From a virus (taxonomy: Duplodnaviria; Caudoviricetes): a stretch of DNA of 35,091 bases. The stretch is taken from the IMG/VR virus record IMGVR_UViG_3300038365_000149, positions 1 through 35,091 of that record; one strand, written 5' to 3'. The notes below the pieces were generated by a model. That model saw only the letters and a program-made list of their open reading frames with translations. It was not told the DNA's origin and made no database searches. Positions 16,961-25,959 of this stretch are shown here, in pieces; position 1 is the first letter of the stretch, and each line of letters opens with the position of its first letter. The position numbers and the translations under genes were made by a program.

Positions 16961-18115
16961 ATGGCATACGAGTTCGCCAACAAGGGCTATTTCAAGAAGT
17001 TCGGGGACATGTGGGACGCCTACTATCCCGAGTACGCAGGCATGATGAGCGACAAGGCCGACGCGCCGTATCTGACCACGACCTCCGGGGTCCGCCAGGT
17101 CATGTTCGCCGCCGGACTGCAGGCGCAGTTCGTGGTGGACGCCAACGCCTTCGGGATGCTGCCCACCGCCAGCTGGGGCAACGGCGGCAGCGGCCGCAGG
17201 TTCATCACCGCGCCCTACTTCGGCACGTCCCCGGACGGCAGCGCGACCGAGGGAGGGGCCACCCCCGATAGCGCCAGGGATACCTTGGACACCATCAACT
17301 ACACGCCCAAGCAGCTCGCCCCCAATCCGGTGGAGATGTCGATGGTGGAGCTGAGCGTGGAGAACATCGACAACAACGCCAAGTGGTCGGAGCTGGTCGA
17401 CGCGCGCCGGGAGATCATACTCAACGAGCAGGACCAGGTCATCCTGTCCTACGCCGGCGCCGGTGTGGCCGGCACTAAACTGGAGAGCATCGACCGCATC
17501 GTCGGCTCGTACGATCAGATCACCAACGGCGGCGAGTCCATGGCGGCCAGCCGTCTCGACTACGAGGGAAAGGACCGTGACGCGGCCGCCTCCGTCTACG
17601 ATGCCCAGGTCGACCACGGGAACGGCGTGGTGCGCAAACTGAGCCTGAACCTGATCGACGCCATGACCTACAAGTGCAAACCGCACTGGAAGGGGCAGAG
17701 CATCAGGAACAAGGTCTACCTCACCGGCACTGGCTCCGAGGGCCGCATGACGCAGCTCATGAAGACCATCGTGCGCGGCGAGATCCCCACCACCCCGGTG
17801 TCCTTCGGCGTCAACGGGGTGCAGATCGTGGAGGGCGCTTCCGGACCGGTCCTCATGAACAAGTACAACGGCATGCCGATCGTCAGCGACAAGTTCGTCG
17901 ACAACCACTACGGCGCGGCCGCCGTCGGGCTGGAGAAGGTGTACGCCCTGGACCTCGACCACCTATCCATGTGGTGGTCCATGCCCTGGCAGTACCAGGA
18001 GTCGCAGGAAGTGCTCGCCACCGGCAAGCTCGGCAGGAAGGGCATCTTCCTGGCGGTCGGGAACGTCGTCGCCGACAGGTTCGGCTGCCACGGCAAGGTC
18101 CAATGCATCAACTGA
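16961..18115 (+). CDS. Major capsid protein (HK97 fold)
   Basis: 384 aa from ATG 16961, directly after the protease/scaffold gene; EGGATP, LESIDRIV, YNGMPIV, YALDLDHL and C-terminal HGKVQCIN patterns typical of HK97-fold MCPs. Confidence 0.85.
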   Translation: MAYEFANKGYFKKFGDMWDAYYPEYAGMMSDKADAPYLTTTSGVRQVMFAAGLQAQFVVDANAFGMLPTASWGNGGSGRRFITAPYFGTSPDGSATEGGATPDSARDTLDTINYTPKQLAPNPVEMSMVELSVENIDNNAKWSELVDARREIILNEQDQVILSYAGAGVAGTKLESIDRIVGSYDQITNGGESMAASRLDYEGKDRDAAASVYDAQVDHGNGVVRKLSLNLIDAMTYKCKPHWKGQSIRNKVYLTGTGSEGRMTQLMKTIVRGEIPTTPVSFGVNGVQIVEGASGPVLMNKYNGMPIVSDKFVDNHYGAAAVGLEKVYALDLDHLSMWWSMPWQYQESQEVLATGKLGRKGIFLAVGNVVADRFGCHGKVQCIN

Positions 18116-18124
18116 GGTGCTGAC

Positions 18125-18424
18125 ATGACGCACACAGTTACCGAGATAGTGCGCGGGGTGATGGGAAACATCAAGTACCTCATCGTCGACGTGACCATCT
18201 CCTCGTACACCACCGGGGGCGAGGTGCTAACGCTCGGCGAGCTCGGCTTCGACGTCGTGGCCGACATCAGCGGGCACTTCAAGGCCCTCAGCGCCAACAA
18301 GCTGGACTTCGATCCCGCCGGGCTGAAGATCATCGCCACGGTGTGCTCTACCGGCACGCAGGTGGCGAGCGGTGTCAACATCGGCACCGTGAGGGTACTC
18401 GTCCTCGGCGACGCGGCGTGGTGA
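18125..18424 (+). CDS. Virion structural protein (head decoration-like)
   Basis: GAGGTG SD; beta-rich 99 aa directly after the MCP (SYTTGGE motif). Confidence 0.6.
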   Translation: MTHTVTEIVRGVMGNIKYLIVDVTISSYTTGGEVLTLGELGFDVVADISGHFKALSANKLDFDPAGLKIIATVCSTGTQVASGVNIGTVRVLVLGDAAW

Positions 18425-18428
18425 TCGG

Positions 18429-18845
18429 ATGCCCTATGGCTACGACGTGAAGGAGCAGGCACTCCAGACCGAGGCGGCCACCATCGCTGCCAACACCACC
18501 GAGACCAACCTGAACGCCGTGGCCGAGGGGGTGGAGGTGTTCTTTGCGGCCAAGGCGAACCTGCATGTCGAGTTCGTCAGGGCCGTAAGTGGCACCTCCC
18601 CCGTAACACTTTACTTCGGGGCCATCGGTGCTCCGGGACAAGCGTTCCCCAACGTCCCATCGTTCTCGGTGACGATAGAACTTAACGATCCAGTCCTGTT
18701 GGCCCTTGGCGACCCCACCAACATCGTGGCGGACGCGACCGTCGACACCGACTGCTATTATGCCATCAAACTGCTGGCTATCAAGAACGCCGATGCCGTG
18801 AATGGCGTCACCGGCCTGGTGGTGAGGGCGGCGTACAAGCTATGA
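18429..18845 (+). CDS. Putative virion structural protein
   Basis: Beta-rich 138 aa in the head-neck region. Confidence 0.6.
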   Translation: MPYGYDVKEQALQTEAATIAANTTETNLNAVAEGVEVFFAAKANLHVEFVRAVSGTSPVTLYFGAIGAPGQAFPNVPSFSVTIELNDPVLLALGDPTNIVADATVDTDCYYAIKLLAIKNADAVNGVTGLVVRAAYKL

Positions 18846-19501
18846 GCGACTACTGTACCGTCGCCAACGTCGCCGCCCAGCTCCGTCTGAGCAACGCCGA
18901 CGGGACGCGTAAAGTGCTCGATGAGACCACTGATCCCAAGGCCTCGGAGGTCGAGGGCGCGATACGAGAGAGCATGGCGTTCATCGACCGCCACTGCCTC
19001 GACGCATGGCGTGAGACGGCATCGGAGATACAGATCATCGAGCTAGGGGGCCATTACATGGGATGGTCTCTCTCGGAGAACGGCGTGGGGCTCAGGAACA
19101 TCGGGCTGTATGAGCTGGACAAGAGCAAGGGCGACATCCTGGTGCTACGCAGCGGCGGCCAGTGGATTGACATGCTCGACGGCTCGTACGAGGAAGGCAT
19201 CGGCAAGGACTACTGGCTCGACCGCGACATGGGCATCCTGTACCTCGGCCGCGCCGTCCATGGGCAGATCAGGCTCCGCTACCGCTACGGGCATCCGGAG
19301 CTGTCGGAGGTGCCAGGGGACATCAGGCACGCCTGCGTCAAGCTGGTGGCCTGCGAGCTACTGAGGAACGAGTTCTACGCCGTCATGCTCGGCTCCGGCG
19401 AGGGCTTCGCCACCAACCGCGGCAAGACCGCCGACAAGTGGGAGGAGGACGCCATGCAGATGCTGTCTCAGCACAGGCGCTCCTACATTCCGGGAGTATG
19501 A
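18842..19501 (+). CDS. Head-tail adaptor (gp6/gp15-like)
   Basis: YCTVANV, AFIDRHC, LRYRYG..VPGDIRHACVKLVA. Confidence 0.8.
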   Translation: MSDYCTVANVAAQLRLSNADGTRKVLDETTDPKASEVEGAIRESMAFIDRHCLDAWRETASEIQIIELGGHYMGWSLSENGVGLRNIGLYELDKSKGDILVLRSGGQWIDMLDGSYEEGIGKDYWLDRDMGILYLGRAVHGQIRLRYRYGHPELSEVPGDIRHACVKLVACELLRNEFYAVMLGSGEGFATNRGKTADKWEEDAMQMLSQHRRSYIPGV

Positions 19502-19502
19502 A

Positions 19503-19916
19503 ATGAGGTCGAGAGTGGGAGAGAAGGGGATGCTGGGCGGGCTGCTCGCTGACGAGTACGGCATCATGCCCGCGGCCGAGGTGTACTGGGACGATCAGCG
19601 GCGGGAAGGCAACAAGGTCACACCAGTGATCAAGGTCTATCCCATCAGCTCTCCCGCTCGGGCCAAGGGCATCGGCTACACGCATCGCCGCGTCGAGCAC
19701 CGGCTCTCAGTAGATGTGTCGGCCATGGACGACCAGGTGGCGTGGGACGCCAAGGAGGAAGTGATACGCATCCTGGGTAAGCATCGCGTGGCGCCGTTCC
19801 CCGGCTACGACCTCCTGGAGTACGACGACGGCACGCCCCGGCCTGGATACGGCGGCTATTACCGCTACGTGATCGAGGTCACGATGACGCAGTGCAGGAA
19901 GAAAGTGAGGGAGTGA
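19503..19916 (+). CDS. Putative tail terminator/neck protein
   Basis: 137 aa with alpha/beta pattern (LSVDVSA..EEVIRIL..YRYVIEV); position after the adaptor. Confidence 0.6.
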   Translation: MRSRVGEKGMLGGLLADEYGIMPAAEVYWDDQRREGNKVTPVIKVYPISSPARAKGIGYTHRRVEHRLSVDVSAMDDQVAWDAKEEVIRILGKHRVAPFPGYDLLEYDDGTPRPGYGGYYRYVIEVTMTQCRKKVRE

Positions 19917-19918
19917 AC

Positions 19919-20254
19919 ATGGACGAAGCAACGGTATCTGCGATAATCAACCTGGCCGCCGTGGCGCTGCCCTTCGTGGCAGCGGCGGTGGTGTGGCTGG
20001 AGCGCAAGCTGAGCAAGGTCTGCGAGGACCTGAACATATCGAACGAGCAGGGCGACCTGATAATCGCTTTGGCCGCTGCGCTGTACGCGCCGATCAGGGC
20101 GAAGTACGCGGACGACGCGGGCAAGGAGGCCGTGCTGGACCGGGCCGAGAGCATCATCGCCGGGATGGTGGCCACTTGGGAGGACGAGGCGGGGACCACT
20201 GCGGTGTTGGAGAGACAGCTGTCCGAGCTAAGGGCGGTGCTGGCGGGACTGTGA
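19919..20254 (+). CDS. Holin-like membrane protein
   Basis: N-terminal TM helix AIINLAAVALPFVAAAVVWL followed by a basic patch and a helical tail, resembling LL-H-type holins. Confidence 0.5.
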   Translation: MDEATVSAIINLAAVALPFVAAAVVWLERKLSKVCEDLNISNEQGDLIIALAAALYAPIRAKYADDAGKEAVLDRAESIIAGMVATWEDEAGTTAVLERQLSELRAVLAGL

Positions 20255-20258
20255 GAGC

Positions 20259-20522
20259 ATGGGCTTCGGCGAGGAATACCAGGGAATGAACGACCGGGAG
20301 ATACTGGTGGAGATAGCGGTCAACCAGCGAGCCATGGACAATCGGATGGGATCCCTGGAGAGCAAGGTGGACCGCATCCAGTGCCCCTCGCCGAAGTGTT
20401 CCGACCACGAGCGGAGGCTCGGCAAGCTGGAGGACCACGAGCGCATCGTGGTCGGCGTGGTCTGCGTGGCGATCCTCGGCTCCGGCCTCCTGGTGTGGGG
20501 GCTGAGTCGGATCTTCGGTTGA
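20259..20522 (+). CDS. XhlA-like membrane protein (coiled coil plus C-terminal TM)
   Basis: REILVEI...DHERRLGKLE followed by IVVGVVCVAILGSGLLVWGL. Confidence 0.55.
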   Translation: MGFGEEYQGMNDREILVEIAVNQRAMDNRMGSLESKVDRIQCPSPKCSDHERRLGKLEDHERIVVGVVCVAILGSGLLVWGLSRIFG

Positions 20523-20538
20523 AGGAGTGTGTAAGTAA

Positions 20539-21489
20539 ATGGCAACGGGAGCAAAAACGAATCAGAAATGGGGGCTGGAGACGTCCTTCGGCGTCGAGGC
20601 GACGAACGTGAATAAGGCGTTCGGGACGAACCTAGAGGTGTCGGGCCTGGACATGGACAACTCAATGACGCCCAGGCGCGGCATCGGCGGACGCAACTTG
20701 AAGAAGATGTCGTCCGGAGTGTTCCGCGGCTCGATGTCCCTCAAGTTCGATCTATGCGATCCCTGGGTGCTCAGGCTCATCTGCGGCGGATATGCCAAGA
20801 CCGGCACCGAGACGCTCACGCTCACCTTCGCCGAGGCCGACACGCTGCCGTCATTCACTATCCATGAGCACGTTAGCGGCGTCAATGGCGGCTCGGACCG
20901 CCTGATAAAGTACCTCGGCTGTGTGGTGGTCGACGCGACGATTGACGCGGTGCAGAACGAGGTTGTATCGGTCACGCTCAACATCGCGTTCGCCGACGTG
21001 GCCGAGTCAGCTGGAACCTCGACCGCGATCGAGATCACCACCGACCCGCTCACCTTCGCCCAGGCCGCCTGGAAGAAGGGGATGACCGCCGTCACACTGA
21101 CGGAGGCGGTGCACATTAGCATCATGCAGAACGCCGAGCTCAAGGCATACCTGGGCTCGCGCATCCCGGCCGCCGCCTCGTTCGGCAACCGTGAGTATGA
21201 GGTCTCGACCACCCGCAAGGTCGTGGACAGCACCACCTACCTGCAGGAGTTGTACGGGGCCGCAGGAGGCCCATCTGAGGCCGGGCCGAAGGTGGCCGAC
21301 TATTCCCTCGTCCTGACTCCGGAAGCGGGGCAGACGGGCGCTACATACACCTTCACGTTCGATGACGGCTACGTGACCAAGCGCAGCGAGCCTAAGCGTG
21401 AGGGGGAGGACATCATCGAGAGCGTGACGCTCGTCATGACGTCACTGACCGTCTCGGCCGTGACATCGCTCACGGAGCCGACCTGGTAA
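20539..21489 (+). CDS. Major tail tube protein
   Basis: WGLETSFG, LPSFTI and KYLGCVV motifs of Phage_tube_2-like proteins; 316 aa; no sheath gene present. Confidence 0.85.
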   Translation: MATGAKTNQKWGLETSFGVEATNVNKAFGTNLEVSGLDMDNSMTPRRGIGGRNLKKMSSGVFRGSMSLKFDLCDPWVLRLICGGYAKTGTETLTLTFAEADTLPSFTIHEHVSGVNGGSDRLIKYLGCVVVDATIDAVQNEVVSVTLNIAFADVAESAGTSTAIEITTDPLTFAQAAWKKGMTAVTLTEAVHISIMQNAELKAYLGSRIPAAASFGNREYEVSTTRKVVDSTTYLQELYGAAGGPSEAGPKVADYSLVLTPEAGQTGATYTFTFDDGYVTKRSEPKREGEDIIESVTLVMTSLTVSAVTSLTEPTW

Positions 21490-21501
21490 GGAGGGTTACA
21501 A

Positions 21502-21882
21502 ATGTTCGAGAAAGAGAGATCGATAGACGTGAGCGAGTGGGGATACGAGGAGCCGGTTGTCGTGAAGCGGCTCAACGGCGGGGAGAAGCGGCGGCTGGAC
21601 GATGAGCTAGCACGAGTGAATAACGTGCGCATGGTCGGAAAGGAGATCGTGGCAGACGTCAGACCTGGTACCGCCACCCTCATCTCGGCCGCGGCGTACA
21701 TCAAGAGCGCCCCGTTCCCTTCCAATATCCCGACGCTCGAGGCGCTCGATTGGGAGCTGATCGAGCTCATCGCGGAGGAGGGCAGGGCCATCAACCCCGA
21801 TTTTCGGGGGAGGACGGAGAACGGCTCAAAGAGCAGATCGGAGCAGCCTACGCCGGGCGGGGGCCATCCGACCCTGCTCTGA
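21502..21882 (+). CDS. Tail assembly chaperone (gpG-like)
   Basis: GGAGG SD; lies between the tube and TMP genes; VVVKRLNGGE pattern. Confidence 0.7.
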   Translation: MFEKERSIDVSEWGYEEPVVVKRLNGGEKRRLDDELARVNNVRMVGKEIVADVRPGTATLISAAAYIKSAPFPSNIPTLEALDWELIELIAEEGRAINPDFRGRTENGSKSRSEQPTPGGGHPTLL

Positions 21883-22064
21883 ACACGCTGCTGACACGCA
21901 TCGAGCTGCTGTGGAACGGCGGCAACATGCGCACCACCGAGGACGTCGAGGAGCGCATGAGCGGCCCGGACCTGGCCCTCATGACGCTCGTCTATGACCT
22001 CCTGATGAAGCGGGACAGGGAACGACAGGAAGCAATGATCAAGCACGCGGTATGGAGCGAGTGA
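21801..22064 (+). CDS. gpT-like extension of the tail chaperone in the -1 frame
   Basis: Open -1 frame ...FSGEDGERLKEQIGAAY...QEAMIKHAVWSE ending 1 nt before the TMP ATG; no convincing start or SD of its own. Confidence 0.65.
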   Translation, partial: FSGEDGERLKEQIGAAYAGRGPSDPALNTLLTRIELLWNGGNMRTTEDVEERMSGPDLALMTLVYDLLMKRDRERQEAMIKHAVWSE

Positions 22065-22065
22065 C

Positions 22066-23358
22066 ATGGCAGAGGAGATAGGGCTGCGGGTGAAGGTTAG
22101 CACGGTCGGGGACAAGGGCGTGATGGACCGGCTCAAGGGCAACATATCCAAGAGCGTCAGCGATGGCGCCGCCAAGGCCAACATCAAGCTCCCCGGATTT
22201 CTCGGCAGCCTGCAGTCGGGCATCGAACGGACGACGGCTATGCTCGGCCGATCGCGCTCCATGGCGTCCTCCGTTCCCGGCGGAGCGGGTGGGGCAGGGA
22301 GCATGGGCATCGGCGGCCTGGCCGGGCTGACGATCATCGGGGCCGGCATCCTCAAAGGAGTGCAGGCCACGGTGGACCGGCTGGCCAAGGCGTCCCCCAT
22401 GCTGCAGTCCATCATGCGGCAGATGGACGTCGGCGTGAACATGATCCTGCGGCCGCTCGGCGATTCTGTCGCTCGCCTGTTGCGGCCCATTTCCCGTTGG
22501 CTCATGGACTACGGGATGAGGAACGCTGAGCTGGCCGATATGCAGGAGACCGCGCTACGTGATATAGGGCTGGAGGGCACTGTGCTCGATGTTGTCATGT
22601 TCTTCACGAACCTGGCCAACGTGCTGCAGGTCATTCCACAATCTATCATCCAATGGAACGTGTGGTGGATGTCCGAGCTCTACAACGCGGCAGCCGGCGC
22701 GGTCGGCTCGCTCGGCAATTGGCTCGGAGGCGTGGCCACATGGTTCCGCGACGCCATCAACGGTGCAGGGGCAGCCATAGATGAGGCCCTCGGAGGTGTC
22801 CCGAGCTGGCTGTGGGGCGCGATCACGGGAGCGCTCGACGGAGCGTGGGACACTCTGTCCAGTTTCGGCTCCTGGCTATGGAGCGGCCTAAAGGGCACTA
22901 TCACGTTCCAGGCGTTATCAGGGCTCGGCTCGTGGGTGAAGGAACAGTTCAAGAACGCCTTTTCGGCCATCAACTCGGCCCTGGGCGGCATCCCGTACGA
23001 GGCGTACAAGGTGTTCCATAATGTCATAGCGGCCATCCCCAACGGCATCCGCAACATCGAGCTGCCCCTAGTAGGCAAGCCGTTCACCTTCATTCCCGAG
23101 GTCGCCTACCTGGCGGCCGGGGGCATCACTAACGGGCCGACGATGGCCATGATAGGCGAGGGCCGCGGGGGGACACAGCGCGAGGTCGTGTCGCCGCTCA
23201 ACGAGCTGCCGAGGCTGCTCGGCCTCGACCAGCGGCGCGGATTCGACGCCCCCAAGATCGAGGTCTATATCCAGGGCAACGTGTACGGCGTCCGGGACCT
23301 GGAGGCGGCCATCGAGGAGGGTGTGAACAAATACATTCACAGGGCGAGGTCGTACTGA
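22066..23358 (+). CDS. Tape measure protein
   Basis: Gly/Ala-rich with periodic Trp repeats and C-terminal LAAGGITNGPTMAMIGEG..EVVSPL. Confidence 0.85.
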   Translation: MAEEIGLRVKVSTVGDKGVMDRLKGNISKSVSDGAAKANIKLPGFLGSLQSGIERTTAMLGRSRSMASSVPGGAGGAGSMGIGGLAGLTIIGAGILKGVQATVDRLAKASPMLQSIMRQMDVGVNMILRPLGDSVARLLRPISRWLMDYGMRNAELADMQETALRDIGLEGTVLDVVMFFTNLANVLQVIPQSIIQWNVWWMSELYNAAAGAVGSLGNWLGGVATWFRDAINGAGAAIDEALGGVPSWLWGAITGALDGAWDTLSSFGSWLWSGLKGTITFQALSGLGSWVKEQFKNAFSAINSALGGIPYEAYKVFHNVIAAIPNGIRNIELPLVGKPFTFIPEVAYLAAGGITNGPTMAMIGEGRGGTQREVVSPLNELPRLLGLDQRRGFDAPKIEVYIQGNVYGVRDLEAAIEEGVNKYIHRARSY

Positions 23359-23813
23359 TGGCGGCCATTACGCTAAAATCGAACACGGACACGGGGGACC
23401 GGGACGGGACCGGCGCGTACTGGCAGGTCGATTTCAACTTGGTGGATATGATCGATGAGACCGATACTGCCAATCTCAAGCAGCTGACCATCGCCCGTCG
23501 CCCCGCCACCCAGGCGATCGTGGACGACTATGATGGGACGGGGCGCACGATCAACATCAACGGCTCCCGCGTGAACGGCGAGCTGAACAACGGAGTAAGC
23601 ACAACTAACGCCGCCTGGATACTGCTAATACGGGAGCGGCTTAACGGCATGCAACGCTCCAAGGGGCCGTTCCGCCTGATCAAATCCTCCTCGCCCTCCG
23701 CCTACATCCCCCAGGAGACGACCACTTGTTACATCAACAAGTTCCGCTGGCAGTACCTCAGTTCGCATGCCGACACTATACTCTGGGATCTCCAGCTGAC
23801 AGTGGGGCGGTGA
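23358..23813 (+). CDS. Putative distal tail protein
   Basis: TGATG coupling after the TMP; GRTINING and CYINKF..WDLQL beta pattern. Confidence 0.55.
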   Translation: MAAITLKSNTDTGDRDGTGAYWQVDFNLVDMIDETDTANLKQLTIARRPATQAIVDDYDGTGRTININGSRVNGELNNGVSTTNAAWILLIRERLNGMQRSKGPFRLIKSSSPSAYIPQETTTCYINKFRWQYLSSHADTILWDLQLTVGR

Positions 23814-23814
23814 G

Positions 23815-25689
23815 ATGGTCAGGTATTATGAATACATCCCGCGGATGGAACTCCATAACCGGGAGGCTGGCTCCACCAAGCTATTCAGCTACGACTACGC
23901 GCGGATGACAATCCGAGGGGACACCGACACGGGCATCAGCACCTACCACCTAACGATGCTACGGAACGCATGGGTAGATCAGTACCTCCATCAGATCGGG
24001 GACATCCTCTACGAGAGTTCTGTCCCCATTCCGGGGCAGGATCCTATCGCATGCATCATAACCGATGTTGTCGCCACGAACGGGGGCCAGGTGTACGAGA
24101 TCGACGCCGTATCGGTCGCCAGCGTGCTGCAGCGTACACAGTCGCAGCTCCAACTGACTAATACCACCTCAGCGGCCATCGTGCAGGCGCTCGCCGCCGA
24201 GGCGGGCTATCACTACTATCATTACGGCGGGACCTCTAGGAACTATGCGGAATGGGACTCTCGAGGCATCCCGGTGTGGGACGCGGTGCGAAGGTTCTGC
24301 GCTGGCGAGAACTGTTACGCCAGCATCTACAACAACAACTACAGCGACCCCACTATGTCGTACTCCCCTCCTAGACACACGCTAGTTGTACGCCCAGTTC
24401 CGTCCACCTCCTCTGCCACGCTCACCACTGGCCATGAGATCATCTCCGAGCCGGAATGGAGCGAGGACGACAAGAACATCGTCAACGACCTGGTGCTGCA
24501 GTGCAAGGGGTTCACGCGCAGCTTCGCCGACTCGTCGGCCTATAGAGACACCGCATCGGCGGCCAAGTACGGGCTGTGCTCTAGGCGCATCTCTCGTCTG
24601 GACATCGATAATACGGCGGACGCTGACGCCTTCGCCGCGGGGGTGATCACCAAGCTCGCGACGCCTAAGACGGTCTGCAAGGCCACCGTCGCGAGCCACA
24701 CCCATTCGTATGCTGAGCTCGGGAACGAATATGTGATCGTGCGCCCCCATGCGATCGGGGAGCTTTACACCGTCGTGGATGAGATCAACGGCCGCACGCA
24801 GAATCTGCTGCTAAAGTCGTACAACTATGACTCGAACAGGGACGTGTATGAGGCAACTTTCGCCGAGCCGAACGTCGACCTGCAGGCATATATCAACGAT
24901 CAGTCGGCCCGCATCAACGATCTGGAGAATCAGGTTGGGAAGAATATATTGAGCGGCGATGTGAGTAGTCACCACCATTCGGCGGACCGAGACCTGGCCA
25001 ACTCCACCGGCGCGCTGACCGTTGGAAAAGGGGGGACTGGGCAAACCTCGCTCACCTCGGGCAGCTTCCTCAAGGGGAACGGAACGGGTGCTGTTGCTCT
25101 GAGGACGCCCGCTCAGGTATTGAGCGATATAGGGGCAGCGCCCGCGGACACGCTGCAGAAGGCGTATCCCGTCGGAGCCATCTATATATCCACCAAATCG
25201 ACCAGCCCCGCCGCTCTGTTCGGCTTCGGCACGTGGGCGGCGTTTGCCCAGGGCCGCGTCATGGTCGGCGTAGGGACGAGCGATCAGGCGTTCGCGGCAG
25301 GAGCTACTGGAGGAGCGAGCAATCACATTCTGACAGCGGCACAGATGCCAGGTCACACCCACCCCTTCACCCCGAGCGGTACAGTCGGGGCTCATCAGCA
25401 TAGCGTCTCGATGGGTATGGGCGGGGCGCACACACACGATATCCAAGGATACAATCCTGGAGGACAGATGCCAGATAGAGCACAGGTGGGTGGAGGAACT
25501 CAAGCAAATGGTATTAAGACCGGTGGTGTAGCATTATCGGCAGGAAGCCACAATCACTCGACGAGCGTGTCCAACGTTGCCCCATCGTTCACAGGGACTG
25601 CTGGCACGACCGGCAGCACAGGCAGCGGCGGAGGTCACAATAACCTGCAGCCGTACATCGTGGTCTATATGTGGGAAAGGACGGCATGA
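23815..25689 (+). CDS. Baseplate hub fused to tail fibre with collar and HxH tip domain
   Basis: IVNDLVL..SAAKYG (hub); GGTG fibre motif; AYPVGAIYIS..GTW..GRVMVG..HTH..HNNLQPYIVVYMWERTA (T4 gp10/gp12-like). Confidence 0.85.
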   Translation: MVRYYEYIPRMELHNREAGSTKLFSYDYARMTIRGDTDTGISTYHLTMLRNAWVDQYLHQIGDILYESSVPIPGQDPIACIITDVVATNGGQVYEIDAVSVASVLQRTQSQLQLTNTTSAAIVQALAAEAGYHYYHYGGTSRNYAEWDSRGIPVWDAVRRFCAGENCYASIYNNNYSDPTMSYSPPRHTLVVRPVPSTSSATLTTGHEIISEPEWSEDDKNIVNDLVLQCKGFTRSFADSSAYRDTASAAKYGLCSRRISRLDIDNTADADAFAAGVITKLATPKTVCKATVASHTHSYAELGNEYVIVRPHAIGELYTVVDEINGRTQNLLLKSYNYDSNRDVYEATFAEPNVDLQAYINDQSARINDLENQVGKNILSGDVSSHHHSADRDLANSTGALTVGKGGTGQTSLTSGSFLKGNGTGAVALRTPAQVLSDIGAAPADTLQKAYPVGAIYISTKSTSPAALFGFGTWAAFAQGRVMVGVGTSDQAFAAGATGGASNHILTAAQMPGHTHPFTPSGTVGAHQHSVSMGMGGAHTHDIQGYNPGGQMPDRAQVGGGTQANGIKTGGVALSAGSHNHSTSVSNVAPSFTGTAGTTGSTGSGGGHNNLQPYIVVYMWERTA

Positions 25690-25959
25690 ACATGGTAGAA
25701 CTGACGCCTGAGCTGATAGAGCAATTAGCGAATGAAGAAGTGATCGCTATGGAATCGGGACCAGAGTCGATGAACCGCGTCACGCTTACCACCGAGTCGG
25801 GGCACGTGATCGTGGCCGACATAATCGGCATATCATTCGGCCGCCGAGCGGCTGGAAGCCATCGACGCCGAGATCGCCAGGATGGAGGCGGAGCGCAGCA
25901 CGCTTCAGGCCACCGTAACTCTGAAAATCACTGAAGCCAATGTCAAGCCGATGTCATAA
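25686..25959 (+). pseudogene. Small coiled-coil protein downstream of the fibre gene, interrupted by a +1 frameshift
   Basis: MNMVELTPEL...IIGISF continues as AAERLEAIDAEIARMEAERSTLQ...KPMS-TAA only in the +1 frame (shift within about 25825-25845). Confidence 0.55.

Noticed and set aside
15756-17962. Long minus-strand ORFs (403 and 345 aa), and likewise 8334-9179, 12699-13574, 21369-22505 and 33651-34796
   Set aside because: Antisense shadows of GC3-rich genes with no motifs or translation signals.
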